Source: Ruditapes philippinarum
Taxonomy: Eukaryota
Length of the DNA: 64,000 bases
Direction: 5' to 3'
Assembly (NCBI RefSeq): GCF_026571515.1
Contig: NW_026852427.1
Location: forward strand, 62,001 to 126,000
Shown here: positions 37,121-51,049 of the stretch, piece by piece
Layout of the letters: every line of letters starts with the position of its first letter
Numbering within the stretch: the first letter of the stretch is position 1
Made by a program: the position numbers and the translations under genes
The notes under the pieces: generated by a model
What the model saw: the letters and a program-made list of their open reading frames with translations, nothing else
Database searches by the model: none
Told to the model about the DNA's origin: nothing

Positions 37121-38967
37121 GAGATGTGAATTTCATCTAAATATACACGTATTTTCTTGTTCAGTATGATGATTTCTTAAAACATGGCACCATCTTGGAA
37201 CCATCTTAAACGTTTCATTTTCCCAGTGGTAGCATACTGACACAGCCTCAATTATTTTCTATTAAGTCTTTTCTGCAACATTCAACATAGAAAGAACTAT
37301 AATAAATTACATGTAATTCAGAAATGTTACCTCCCTATATTTTGACTAGAAATGGGGTAAATGAAGATTTTTAATTGGTCCTAAACAGATCCTATCGTAT
37401 AAGGAATTGGATTTTAATTAGATGGAAGTATGTGTGACATTTATTTTGTTATATTATCTGGTTCTTCGGAATCATTGATTACAGCACTATTAAGTATTAA
37501 TAATTGTGTAACGCTCAAACCGGTGCTAAGGGACTAACGGATATTGGACTTTTTCATTATCCTTCAATACAGACTCAATCAAACCAAGTTGTGTAATTTT
37601 GCGGATTTTAATGCTTCCGAATCATCACTTCTTTCTAGATATCTATGCACTTTTACAATTATAGGAACACGACGACTTAAAAGTGTTATCTAATGTAAAA
37701 TTACACACAATACACATCATATATATATTCTTTATTTGAGTCTCAACCATACATAACAACATAAAACAATTCAATTACATAATTTTAAAAAAGAGTTGTT
37801 TGTGTACGGCCATTCTAATCAGAAATACAAGAGACTATAAAATCTAATGGAAGAGAGGCAACTCTGCAAGAATTTCCATATGACTTACAAAGTTACCTTG
37901 CTTCTCATTCCATATTCATATGCTATTACTAAAATAAGAAACTATTGCTAATCTTGTTTTAAAAGATTTAAAGAATTTCCAGTACAATTGTTTTATTTTT
38001 AGTTTACAAGATTTTACGTTAAAATGTAACTAAAATTCAATTATATTAATTAATTTGTTGTTGTTTTTTGTTTGTGTTTGGACCTCACAGTGCAGACGTT
38101 TGTCTGATGTCAGAGAATGCATATTAACATGTACAACGCAATTTGAGGTAAAACTTTGACACACTTTGACACCAAGTTACGCACTTTCGGGTTGATCCCA
38201 AAGTGTTGTATTACAAAGCTTCATAACTCAGCCAATAATTATTTACCCGGAACACCAGTTAAATATGAACAAGTACTTTAGGTACCGATCAGTCATGTAA
38301 AGTATCGTTCAAATTGCAGATTAAACTTTAAAAGATAAAAATCATCAAAGAATCATAACTCTGGGAAAATTCATTGAATAAAAGAAAAATGCCGACGAAA
38401 TGAAAAACTAAACATGTTACAGAATATTCTTTAAATTTTTTGTTGAAGTTCTTGAAAAGTCTTGTGACAGACAGACGAACGGACAGAAAGACAGTCCACA
38501 AAAAGGAGATCCCTATAAGTTGTGGATATTTTGTGCAACAGGTGATATAAGAATCATCAAAAGGCCAAAACACTTTTTATATTCAAGGATAATAGCCTGG
38601 AATCATTCAACCGTGATATAAGTACTTGAGTACCGTTCAATCCAGTAAAAGTTCAGTCAAAATGAATAAGTGTTATAAGAGGTGAAGTTCGGATGCTTTT
38701 ATAAGATAAAATCACCAAAGGGTCATGGCTGAGACAAAATTTCATTGAAACCGGAAAACGCCGACCATGTGAACATCTAGACTTGATACTAACCTTGCTG
38801 TAGAGTTTGATTAAAATTGGATCAATGTTTTTTACGGAGTAGTCAAGATAGATGATGGAGAAATGTCCTTATGAAAAAAACATGCAAGGAGAAAACAATT
38901 ATGGGACGCAATTATTCATACAAACAGAATGGAGAAATTTTTATATCTATTTCAGTTTTTGAAAATT

Positions 38968-39172
38968 TTTGTTTGTTTGTTGTGTGTTTCATTTTACGCC
39001 TTTTCCCAACAGTATTTAAGTCATACAGTCTGGTAGTTTCCTGGAGATTTACACGAGTACTAGAATACCTACCTCCGTGCTAAACTACCAAAGCACCACC
39101 CGGGGTTCGAACCCACGCCAGAGAGGTAACTGGGTTAGAAGTCATCGACTCTAACCCCTCAACCACGGAGGC
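38968..39172 (-). mobile_element. tRNA-derived SINE, internally deleted relative of the 1474 copy
   Basis: Minus strand GCCTCCGTGGTTGAGGGGTTAGAG...GGTTCGAACCCC; (CAAA)n tail. Confidence 0.7.
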
Positions 39173-40329
39173 GATCAAGTATTCATATGTTATTATAATG
39201 TAGTATGTAATTGTGCTTTTTAAAGCATTTTGAAAATAATATATACGTGTTCGTTTGTTGTTAGTGTTGTTGTTATTTTTGTTTTGGTGTTTTTTTTGTG
39301 GGAGTGTATTTTCTTTTTCATTAATTTTATTTTTGAATTCATTGCTTTGTATTTTCATCAGATGCATAAAACATAGCGAATGCATGCGTAACATTTGACA
39401 TTTAGACTTCGAGAAATACGGGTAATATATTGACCAATTCTTATATTTAAAAACATAATAAAAGATTAAAGTAGTTTGTAAGAGTCAAATGTTTTATTGT
39501 TGTTACACTTCATTGTAGATTTCATGGGCAGATATATTTATAAGAACATTATTTGTTTAAAAATGCATGTCTATACAGAGGTTTGGCGGTTGCCAAAATA
39601 CACTTGTGTTATCTGAGGCTGAAGTCAAAGTAAATTAAGACACTAAAAATCAACTGGATTTGCTACGGTTGTCAATGCTGTTATTTACTGTAAACTCAAC
39701 ATTATCTTTTTCTATACCTTTTATGAACATCCATGAATCACATATGTTTGCAAGTATGCTTTGTAAATAAATCAAATAGTAACAGCCAAATTCAATCGCT
39801 TGTTGTACCGCAAAACAATACCTTACATCTTGTTAATGTCATGGAAACAGTTAAACTACTACTTCCACGGCAATTATAATATCGTAGTCATGTTATCTAT
39901 TTCATCGTTATTGTAAATAACATTTGCTTTTGTTATATTTTTCGTCGTTATCATCAACAACGTCGTTGGTGTCAACAAAAACTTCATTTTCTTCAACATA
40001 ATTCCCTATGACGAAAACATCTTAATGGCCCTGAACTTTACATACCCGGTTCCAAAATTCTAATGTTGATGAAGCAAAATATCTTGGAGTTATACTCTCA
40101 CTTATTCCAGAAATAAAAGGGTTAAAACTATATGTTTAAAATCTTTAAAATTTATTAAAACTTTTGTATAAAACAGATGGGGTATCAAATTACTTTGCTT
40201 TTTTAAATTATATAGAAGTCTAACAAGATCAAATAATATTATGGTTCCACTACCTAAAAATGCGTCTACATTAATTGCCGAAGCCAAAGCCAAATTTGGA
40301 CAAAGCTGTATTACACTAACTTCATCATA

Positions 40330-40740
40330 TATCAACCCTTGTGTGGATACATCGCCGTCTCTATGCCTCATTTACCGTCATGATCAAGTTGTTCGTAAAT
40401 GTAGAATTGGACAGTGATACACATTCGTACCTCATTAACAGCAGACGGTGCTCAATTTTGTATAACTTCAACTTAATTTTATTATCAACTACTTCGGTCA
40501 TGGATGCAATAATCTTACACATGTTCCTGATAAATTTTATTGGGTCAATTCACCTAGAGAACTGCTTGCCTCAGTTCCATCCAAAAACCTAATTGATTAC
40601 TTAAAGGAAGTAAAGTTGTATTCTAAGATTTAACTAACGTAATTGTTCCAACTATTTTAAGCTTACTTATTATTTTATAGTGTTCGGCGCGGTATGGCAA
40701 GTAATGTGTCATGTCGCCGTTTAACCCAAACAAACAATAT
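40330..40740 (+). mobile_element. Highly decayed 3' end of an I/Nimb-clade-like LINE
   Basis: RHDQVVRKCRIG and THSYLIN resemble the R..RIGH...HSYLL C-terminal motif; ends in AACCCAAACAAACAA tail. Confidence 0.45.
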
Positions 40741-41089
40741 TAGCGTTATAAACATTGTTGTTGTTATCATTCCTAGCGCTATTTTAAAAAGTATCCGATC
40801 AAATGTTCCTTTAGTTACTACTATCAACAGGTATTAAAGCTTAATAGATATAGGTTATTAAAAGAAAGAGAAATATAATACCTAAAAAGTCTCAAAATGA
40901 ATAATTAAATGTTGCATACCCGGTTTGAAGGTGCGTCATCATGGATGGTACTTGTATTTGCAAGCTACTGTCCCCGCCCATGAAACCGGAAAAAGCAGAA
41001 TTCAACATTTAGACATTGTAATTGATGAGATGTGCTCATACGACGATTATTTTCAACCATAGACTTTGTTATGGCAATAATAATTATCA

Positions 41090-41230
41090 TTCGAGTTTTT
41101 TTTACAATATGGTCATTCATATTATTGCAATTGTTATTATTGTACATGATTGTAATTATTAGTGTTATTATCATTATCATCGTTCATAAATATTGATATG
41201 ATGGCGATAATGGCAATTATGATATTGTCA
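41090..41230. repeat. Degenerate (ATT/ATC)n low-complexity tract
   Basis: Trinucleotide-periodic sequence. Confidence 0.6.
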
Positions 41231-41344
41231 GTGGCTCAAACAAATAAACCGAACCGAATGAACCGAACAGGACAAACAGGACAAAAATACTCTGTACAAT
41301 ATATTAGACATCTGACATAATCGTATGTGATATACAACAAAAAT

Positions 41345-44300
41345 AGTTTAAACATATTTTATTTCGAACATTTTACACATACAAGATTTACATTCAATGG
41401 TGAAATGATATTATACAATGCTGAAAAGGATCAGATCCGAAAGCATAAAATTCTTATAAAGGCCTTTTCCTTATATTAAGATTAGTTACTATAAATATGA
41501 CGGGTTTTGAAAATGTTTGAAATATTGAAGTTAAAAAGTAATTGATTACAAAAATGAAGAAGATTCGTTACTGTCGTCACTAAGTCAAATTAGCGACCTA
41601 GAAACAAAAAGGGGCGTTGAGTAGAAGTTTCTATCTGAAAGATGTATGAATAGGGACTTAATAGATTAGACGCAATAATTGTCTGTTTACAAATGTATAA
41701 TGTTTAGAATTTCATCATTTAAGATACACAAAGAAACTTAACTTAATAAGTAGAAGAAAAGAGGAGGATCTATTCGGTGAGTTAATTGGAGGAGCAATGT
41801 ATCATAGACTATGAAAATCGTTTGCTGTCTCGGATAAACATTTGAACTGCCTGAAATATGCTGATATTGATATCGTCACTTAAGTTAGTATCGCCGTTAA
41901 GTAGTGTGTGAAGAGTGACATTACAGTAGGCTGAAAGAGTTTGGAAAAGGCTGTGTCTGATAGTACTGTATTGTTTGCATTCAAAGAAAAAATGATAGTT
42001 AGTTTCTAGCAATCCAGATTGGCATAAAGGTGAGTTAACAATATTTTTTCTGTATAGATGGTAGTTTAAAGAACTGCACTCTGTTCGTAGACGTGCATGA
42101 TATATTTGCCATTTTCGAACACCTGTATAGAAAAAATTTGGAAATTTTATTATGTTTCTATTCAAAAGACACTTAAAAAAAGATAATGTAGGTGCATTTT
42201 GTACATCAATTGGTAGTTCATTCCATTCTCTGAGAGCTGAAGGAAGAAAAGCGTTATAGTATAAAGAAGTTCTTGTGTGAATGCCTTGTATATCGTTCGA
42301 ATTTCTTAAATTATAACGTGTGGTTTCACCTAAAGACGGAGGGACAATACTAGTAGTTGATAGGTAGACAGGGGAGAGTCCATTTTTCATCTTATAAAGA
42401 AGAATCAATTTATGTTTCCTTCTTCTGCTGTCCAGAGGTTCCCACGGGACCTCTCGTTGAAGCTCATGAAGAGACACAAGTTTAGTTGCACCAGATACAA
42501 TTCTAGAAGCTTCATGTTGGATTTTATCTAGTTCGGCTTTTTCATATTGAGTACAATTGATGTAAACAACATCGGCATATTCTAGAATTGGCCTGATATA
42601 GGATAAGTAGATTATTTCTAAAGATTTTCGATCAAGTTGAAATTTTAATTTGCGCATTATATGTATACGTTTCCACGCCCTCTCCTTAACATGATTAATG
42701 TGAATATGCCAGGAACCATCGTCAGAAAAGTGTAAGCCTTAATGTTTGTGAGATGTCACTGAAGATATGGTCTGGTTTTGCATTAGGAGGGGTGGATGGA
42801 ACTGTTGTGATGTTTTACGTGTGATTAATATGGTTTCAGATTTGGAAGGATTAAACTTGACTAGCCATTTGTCAGCCCATGAAGAAATCTTGTTTATGTC
42901 AGATTGAAGAATGTCTGCCGTAGTAACTGGATGATGAACGATCAAATAAAAACTGGTATCGTCGGCAAAAAGATTTACAGAGGACCTTAAGTCAACAACA
43001 ATATCATTGATATAAACTAAAAAAAAGAAGCAGACCCAGAATCGAGCCTTGAGGAACTCCTGCATTTATTACAGACCAATCAGATTTGACTCCAGGAAGG
43101 ACAACAGATTGGCGTCTATTTGAAAGATAATCCGAAAACCAGTCGAGGAGGGGTCCCTGAATACCGGCACATTTTAGTTTAAGCAGGAGACCCTTGTGCC
43201 ACACTTTATCAAAGGCCTTGGTGAAGTCGTCGAAAAAGACAATCCGGATCTCAAGACCTTAATCAAGAGCCTTACAGAAAGAGTTGTAAAGAAAGGTTAG
43301 TTGATTCACAGTTGAGTCGCCAGGTTTGAAACCAGATTGAAGGGGCGATATAAAGTCATTATCATGAAGCAAGTTAAAGATATACTTAAACAAAATGCGT
43401 TCAAAAACTTTTTCCATACAACACAATAGTGATATAGGACGATAATTGCTGGGTAACGATGGATCTCCTTTCTTAAAAATTGGGCAAATGTTGGCATCTT
43501 TCCAAGTTTGGGGAATCTTACAAGTTAGGAGTGAATGATTAAAAAGACAGCAGAGTGGATATTTGATTACGGACGAGGTTTCGAACAAGATGCTATTACT
43601 TATTTCATCGGGCCCAGAAGCTTTATTGGTATTTAAAGTTTTGATAGCATCTTCAACATCTTGAGTTGTAATACTAATTGAAGTGAGAGTGTTCACAGAC
43701 TGTTCGAAAAAATCGCCAGGAACTTCTTTATTACAGTTTTCAAGAGAGGACTGGTTGCTAAAATAGTTGTTTAATAAGTCGGATTTTAAATTGTTATCAA
43801 ATGAAAGTGTTTGAGTAACTGGGTGAGAGAGTGCCGGAATTGTTTGCTTTTCAGTCGGTGATATGAATGAGTCTCCACCAGTCTCTCTGCGATGTGTTGT
43901 CTGATGTAAGAGAGTCTGCTGTTTCTGGATGTGGTAACGTTTGGCCGTGTGAATAAGTGAGATGACTTTATTACGTAATTTTTTTAATGAGTGCCAGTAC
44001 AAAGGATTTTGGGTTTGTTTGGCTCTGTGATAAAGTTTTTTGCGTTTACGAATAAGCTTTTTGATTTGTGTCGTTATCCATGCTGAGTCAGTCGGTTTTA
44101 CTATTATTGTTCTTGTAGGTATGTACTGCTTTGAAAGTTCGAGAATTTTGTTGCTTACTAAAGTTGCGTGTTCATCTATGTCGGTGTTTGTATATTGACC
44201 CCAGTCAGTTTGCATAATACTTTGTTTCAGAGTGTGGTAGTTGCCGCGATCATATAACCATATAAAACGCTTGAAAGATCCTGATTTAGGTTTAGAAAAG

Positions 44301-45400
44301 GAAAAAAGAGCAAAAATAGGGCAGTGGAAGCGAATATTTTGGTCCAAAACTGATACCCCAACACCTGATGTTATTACTTGGTGACTGCAAGAAACAAGAA
44401 AGAGATCTAAAACAGATGCTGACGACTCGGTAAACTGTGTAGGTTCGTTTATGAGTTGTTCAAGGTGAAATTGTTGACAAAGTTTGCGTGATAATGTCGA
44501 ATTAGATGGATTAAAGTTAAAGTCTCCAGTTACAATTATATCTGTTATATTTGTTTCTTCTGCCAAGTTAAGAGAGTGTTCCATAAGAGTTGTATAATGT
44601 GCATTTGCATTGGGAGGTCGATAAAAAGTACCAAACAGAATACGTTTAGATTGAGATAATAAAATTTCCACCCATACACATTCTACATTTCTAGGTTCGA
44701 GATCCCACCGCCGTTTGTAAAATAGTGAATTCTTAATGTATACAGAAACCCCACCATGACTGTCATCAATCCTGTCATTTCTTTCTGGAGAATGAAAACA
44801 TGGTATAGATATATCAGAATTGGAAACACTGGGATTAAGCCACGTTTCTGAAAACGCAAGAACATCGAACATACTAAATTCAGTGGCTAGAATTTCTATT
44901 TTGCCAAGCAGGCTTTGGACATTATATTGTAGTACAGATAAACATGAAGTTGACGACATTAGACTTACTAGATCCAAAGACATAGACGACGTAGTGGACA
45001 ATGATGCAGTTGATGAATTTGTTGATAATGGACCAGGATTCGGATGAATATCTCCAGATAAATTAAGAATAATATGCAGCCATTGAATTCACACCAATTT
45101 TTGATGAGAAAAGCGATGAGTACATGAGCGAAACATACGTTTTGAATGTAGCACTCATAACATGGATTGATTCGTCTGAATGGATATTTAATGTTGTTTT
45201 TAACTTGATTCCTAAAGTGGAGAGACAGCGAGAATGTTTGTATAATGTTTGGAGCAATGTGTACAAGAGCCAGCATATTCAGTAAAAGGGAAAATTTCCA
45301 TGTACAAGAGTAAGAGTGCATGACAGTGGTGCCTGAAAATTTATTCATTATGTGATTGACGTTATAAACAACAAAAAGCGCGCTATGACTATCATGCCGA
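41345..45400 (-). mobile_element. Near full-length CR1/L2-group LINE (CR1-Zenon-like), disrupted
   Basis: APE endonuclease + RT ORF pieces 43259-45001, 43004-43204, 42739-43065, 41809-42657; 3' end AATAAAATATGTTTAAACT at ~41345-41365. Confidence 0.92.
41809..45088 (-). pseudogene. LINE ORF2: apurinic endonuclease + reverse transcriptase, with stop and frameshifts
   Basis: YNVQSL, FSETWL, GDFN, LDL, HCPI (APE); GPDEI, YRPISLL, QSGF, KAFDKVWH, GVPQGSILG, LFADD (RT); C-terminal C..ETNYHFFFEC. Confidence 0.92.
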
Positions 45401-46517
45401 AGATATTAATTATTGAAATCCAATGCAATTATTGGACAAATATTGTACTTCAATTGTTTGTTACAAATATATAATAAAAGATAAAAACATGTTTACATTC
45501 TTGTTGAATATCATCCCTAACACAGTAAATATGGACAATTTCCAAATGTACTTATTTGTTATTTAAATTATTTCAACGAAATTATTTTTTGAATAAAGTC
45601 ACAAAATTATTAATATTGACATATCAAAGGAAAATTACCAGAATTACAACAAACATACAATCATATGTTGGAAACAAGTACAATATATACTATTTTTTTA
45701 TAATACTGCACGTTTGTAACGCAACATATCATTGGATAAATAAACTGAAATCAAAAAACCTTATAAATAAGGCTGTTGTTATTTCCTAAATTTATTTTAA
45801 ATTTGCCTTTACATGTTTGTACGTATATTGCCTTATATAAACGGTGACTTGCAACATAACAGTTGTTTGGTGTCCTCTGTTATATATCCAATCAACCGTT
45901 TATATAGGATCGATCATGCAACCTTCAAAAATTTACAACTAATAGTATTAATGTACTGGCATTTGTATATATTCATTAGTCGGCGAATCTAGTAGGAACA
46001 CGAAACACCATGACATATACTTTTATCATATCATTGGTGTCAATCATAACTAGGTATCCACAGAGTCTTATATTACAATTATATGACAATATAAATATTG
46101 CTCTGTGGTATCAATGGATAGTTCTCCTTGGAAACTGAATTCGGCCGTCTGAGATATTGAAGTGAAGGAATAAGGGTGCAAAATGATACACATTATTCTA
46201 AACATGTAGCCTTACATACTCTGTATGATACATGTACTACTTTACTTACCTGTAACCTGTAGAAAACCTTTGACCGATAAGAGAATGTTTGACCGATAAG
46301 AGAATGAGAAAATATATTCATGGTCACTCAAAACATTAATGAACAGTCTTTTTTACTTAATGCATAGATCTTTCATGTTAAATAAAGAGCTCAAAGAGTG
46401 TTCTTAAAACTTTATTTAAAAATAGTTTAAAAATAATAGGAGTATTGAAATGATAAATAAGGCGTAATAACCAAACAACATTTTTCTAAACGGTGGGTTA
46501 ATTTTTTGAATCTCAAG

Positions 46518-46659
46518 ATGCCAGCAGTTGAAGACGTAGATGTAGATAAGATATGGAGGGCGTTAGGGAAATGGGGAAGTTATCAAAGGAGACAGCTTAT
46601 TGTGGAAATGGTCGCGATATGGTCATGTAGTCTTCATATGCTATCAATTGTCTTTTTAG
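46518..46659 (+). CDS. SLC22/organic cation transporter-family gene, coding exon 1
   Basis: MPAVEDVDVDKIWRALGKWGSYQRRQL... (SLC22 N-terminal G.WG.YQ motif); donor G|GTAAAA, phase 1. Confidence 0.85.
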
Positions 46660-48196
46660 GTAAAATGTTTAATTTTTAAATATGTATTGTACCTGTCTTA
46701 TAATTATCAATGAAATACATACTTGTATTATGATCGTCTTTCGCACCTACATAGTCTTATATGATTTTGTTTATTTAAATACTAAAAATATACACCAATC
46801 ATGATTGATTCCGAGAAGCACACGTTTGAATATAGAATATACTTTGGAGTGTAATAACTGTTTTGCACGTACATATTTGGGATACAATTTATACTTTTAT
46901 ATCGATATGGAGCACGTATACACCAATGTAGCACTTTCACTACGATATGGACATATTACACAAATCAATAGAAAAATAAAGCAAATTTGTAAAAATAATC
47001 TACAATTAAGATTTAAAAAATATGCAAACGTATATATCAAAATGCTTTGAAACACCAAATAAAGGGGTCAATTGCTCTTTGGGGTTTGACCACAAAGTGC
47101 GTCACGTAATTTTGGGCCCAACCACATGTGCGTAACGCGCTTTAGATGCATTTTTACATCAGACAAACAAAGAAGCCGAAATGTATCCAGTCGGAAAACA
47201 ATAGCAGACGATAGCTTATATGACTTTTATATCATTCTAAGGATTGCAGTTAATTACAATTTTTATATTCAGATAACTGTTTTATGTGAATAGAGGCTTT
47301 AAAGTACAATGCATAAATATGTTTGATGTGTATTGAGTGAAATAGTAATAAGATATCATAGTATCTGAGTTTTGTCCATGAACTTTGTCCATGAAAAAGC
47401 GTTGTGCGCCAATAATTGTAGCGAAGTGTGTCGCACAAATTTCAATCTTGTTAAAATGGAGATCTTATAAGATAGTAACAGGTGGTAACTCATTAAAAAT
47501 CTGGAGTTTTTCCATTATCCCTTATCTAGTTTTGTGTAAAGGAAGGTACCTTTCTTTATTAATTATTATAGTTTCTCAGTTGAATGATGTAGAAAAATGT
47601 TTTCAGTGCGTGCTCTCCTAAGATCATTTTTCGAAAATACGAAAATCCTCTCTTTGTTGATATGACGGTAACGGGTAAAATAAAAAGATACATTTTGTAA
47701 AATCGTATATTAATCCCGAAAGAAACCTGTAAGATTCAATTAATTCAGATTATAAAAGGTATTGTGCTGTCAGTCAACACTAAAATTTTCACTGGTGTTA
47801 TTGCATTTTAATCTCAAGATGGCGTCCCAAATGACAAAAATTGAACATAAATCATTGTGGGCATAATAATGTATTTTTAAGAATACTTAAAATTTGCTTT
47901 TAGAAGCAGCTACTTTCATGAAATAACATGACTGATTCCTAAAAGTCAAGGGTGGTTGACCCAAATGTGCGGTGTTACAATGCTTAATGAATTTGATATT
48001 TCAAGTCTTCATTTCTAAAATGATGAAATTGATTGTTGAAAAGTACTTGTTATATGTTTATAAGATTGTTTTTCCCTTTAGTGTGCATTATGTCATAAAT
48101 TCAAATGTGATGCCTTTCTTTACAATAATAACAAAACAAAAATTTAACATGATGAATAAATATGTCCCTACTATATTATACGTTTTTATGCAAAAG

Positions 48197-48411
48197 GCTA
48201 TAAACCAGACCATGAATGTAAAAATGCCTACAACTCATCTAATGGCCAAGCGCATTCGAATAATTCTATGTCGAGAAGATTTGAAAAGTGCTCAATAACG
48301 TATACTACTAACGAAACGGGTGTATCCATTGTTTCTACGACGGACTGTACGGACGGATGGAGATACTTTGATCCGGAGCCATATTCGGAGGACCGTTCAT
48401 TTATATCCGAG
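48197..48411 (+). CDS. SLC22-family exon 2 (large extracellular loop)
   Basis: GYKPDHEC...C...CTDGWRY...SFISE; AAG acceptor, GAG|GTAAGT donor. Confidence 0.88.
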
Positions 48412-51049
48412 GTAAGTGATAAGTTACTAGTATGCCACGGTAAGAATAATTTTAAATTTTACAAGTTAAGAAATTATTTCGAGATCAATACAACCACAGA
48501 ACCAGAAGTCTTTAACCAATTTACTTCAACGATTATTCTAGATGTCAGATCCTCGTCCCTCGGGATAGACGTGTATTTCCTTCTGTTTTAATTACTTCCA
48601 GTGTAATTATGATTATTAACTTTGCTAAAGCGATATGTATGACATTTGCATCTTTCTGAGCGATTGTATGAGCAATGGAATTATTTCCTAGCAAACACGT
48701 AATGTTTCCTCGTTAATTGACATATATGTAACCAGCACGTAGTAATTAAACAGTACTTGATAAGTACATAACTATACTAGTTTGTGGGGTTTTTTTTAAA
48801 GATATGCGAATAAGATTTATATGTTTTAACCTCTCATATGCCGATTATGCAATATACATGTAGTTTTTATTACATTGGTTCACCTGTTATTGTAACCTTA
48901 ACCATTATACGTTTTTATCGAATTCATGTTCAATGTTAATGTTTAGCGTTTACTTTTAATCACAAATGTATAATAAATTTAGATTAAGTACAAAAGTCAC
49001 CAAGAGATAGCAGCGTTCATTGAATGTATTTAATGGCAGAATTCAGCTTTGCAAGAACTTGACAAAGATTATATCGTAACAGGACAAAATTGATTTTTAC
49101 ACTATGACTAACTAGATCATTACATTTCCATGTCACCACATATATACTTAGGTCACGTACATTTTTTTCAATTAATAATATAAATTATATGCATTATAAA
49201 TAATATTCATATTTTGATTTTTGATATTTATAAATGATTTATTACAAACTAATGCTATTTTTTCCAATACATATGTTTTCCGTACTTGACAAAACACTTA
49301 AAAAATAGTAGTGTCATATATAACATCAGTTATAATCGAGCAGTTTTAGAACAATCGTTTGAAAATACTTTTGAATAAACTTGTTGTAAAGTAATATATG
49401 TAAACATTATATATAACTGGTACAGAAAGATCAGATATGATATGGACAAAACTGACACAGCATTTATTCGTGTGTATAAATATTAATTTATTTAATGCAT
49501 ATAAGCTTTTTTTCTTACATGACATAGATTAAAAAAAGTAATGTTCTCGCATAAATGACCCTTTTAATATTCCTTGATATAGTATTAGTAATACAAGTCG
49601 CTTACGGGATATTCGTGGAGGAGATAAATATAGCCCGAGGCTCTAGCAGAGCGTTATACGTGTATCTATATCAGCGAGGCTTAATTCTCCCGTATATGTA
49701 GACAGCAACTTGAATAACGAATTTAGGGTAATGCAAATTCTCTAACGACACGTTCATGGAATAACAGCAATTTTAGTCTGTTTTCATCGAAGTGCAGTAA
49801 ATGATATGACATCATACGTTATACGGATATGCGAACGCTGCGCAACAAAAAGTATTTTAAGTGTAAAAAAATCCTTATGTCTTAATGAAATGATAGTTGA
49901 ATATAACATTTAGAACAAAATGCAATACATTTATAAGAAAATAAGCAAACTAGTAGGCTAGATTGCAGAAAACATTCTTTGTTCTTCAATGTATATACGG
50001 CATCCAATACATAGTGTTTAAAGCAGTCAACATTATTTGCATGATAACATATAATTATATAATGTTCAGTAATTATGTTCAAAATAACTATATAAAGTGT
50101 TGCTTTTTTATACGATAAACTGAATACTTGTCTGTCTTCACGGTTGACGTAATATAATTCAGTGTAAGGTCAATTTAAACTGTATGATCGGAATATCCAG
50201 AATCGGCTAGGAGGCTAAAATGATGTACGAGTAACGGTAGAAGATGTAAGTTTTAGTCAGATTGGAAAAAAACTCAAATTTGAGAAAATGTTTCCATACA
50301 TTGCAATGTAATTCGTGAAAAGTATTTACACGTCTATGATAATAAGCAATTGATTTCATTGAATAACACATAACGATGAATAAGTTTGCAGCGTCTATAT
50401 TGATTTATTACATGCATAATTATACTTATAAATGGAATATTGATGAAATGAAAAATGCGCATTTCTATTTTCCGTAATTTCGTTGTAAAAAATTTTGTTT
50501 CACTATTCTGAAACAGTTTTCCGTATATTCACCGGTGTCTTGTCGGAATTTTTCAACTAAATTCAACCAATACATATAATTTAAAGAAAAGTATTTCAAA
50601 TTGACATATTAAGACAAAAATGTTTATAATAAACAGAAAATGCACGTCTTTCCTATAATTACAGGATTTATTTTCATCTTGTGATATGTACATTATTATA
50701 TCTCACTCGTGGCCACTCATGAAATATTTTTTCAAACCACTCGGTGAAATTAAAACCTGTTTTTTATAATAAAAAAAAGCTCTGTTTATTAACGGTATGA
50801 TTTTTCCAGTGTAAATAGACGTAACATATGTTTATCAGAATTGTCAATCCGAGATTCTTACAAACTACATTGTAAGGACTAAAAATATAAGATATTAAAC
50901 TAGCGTTAAGATACAATTGTAACACAGTAGCGTTACCAGACTTCTCATTTTAATTATTTTATTCTATAATTTCATTAATTCTTTTTATTTATTATTATTA
51001 CCATTTTTTTAGAAATCATTTTGCCTTGCATGACAATGCAATTGGCATA

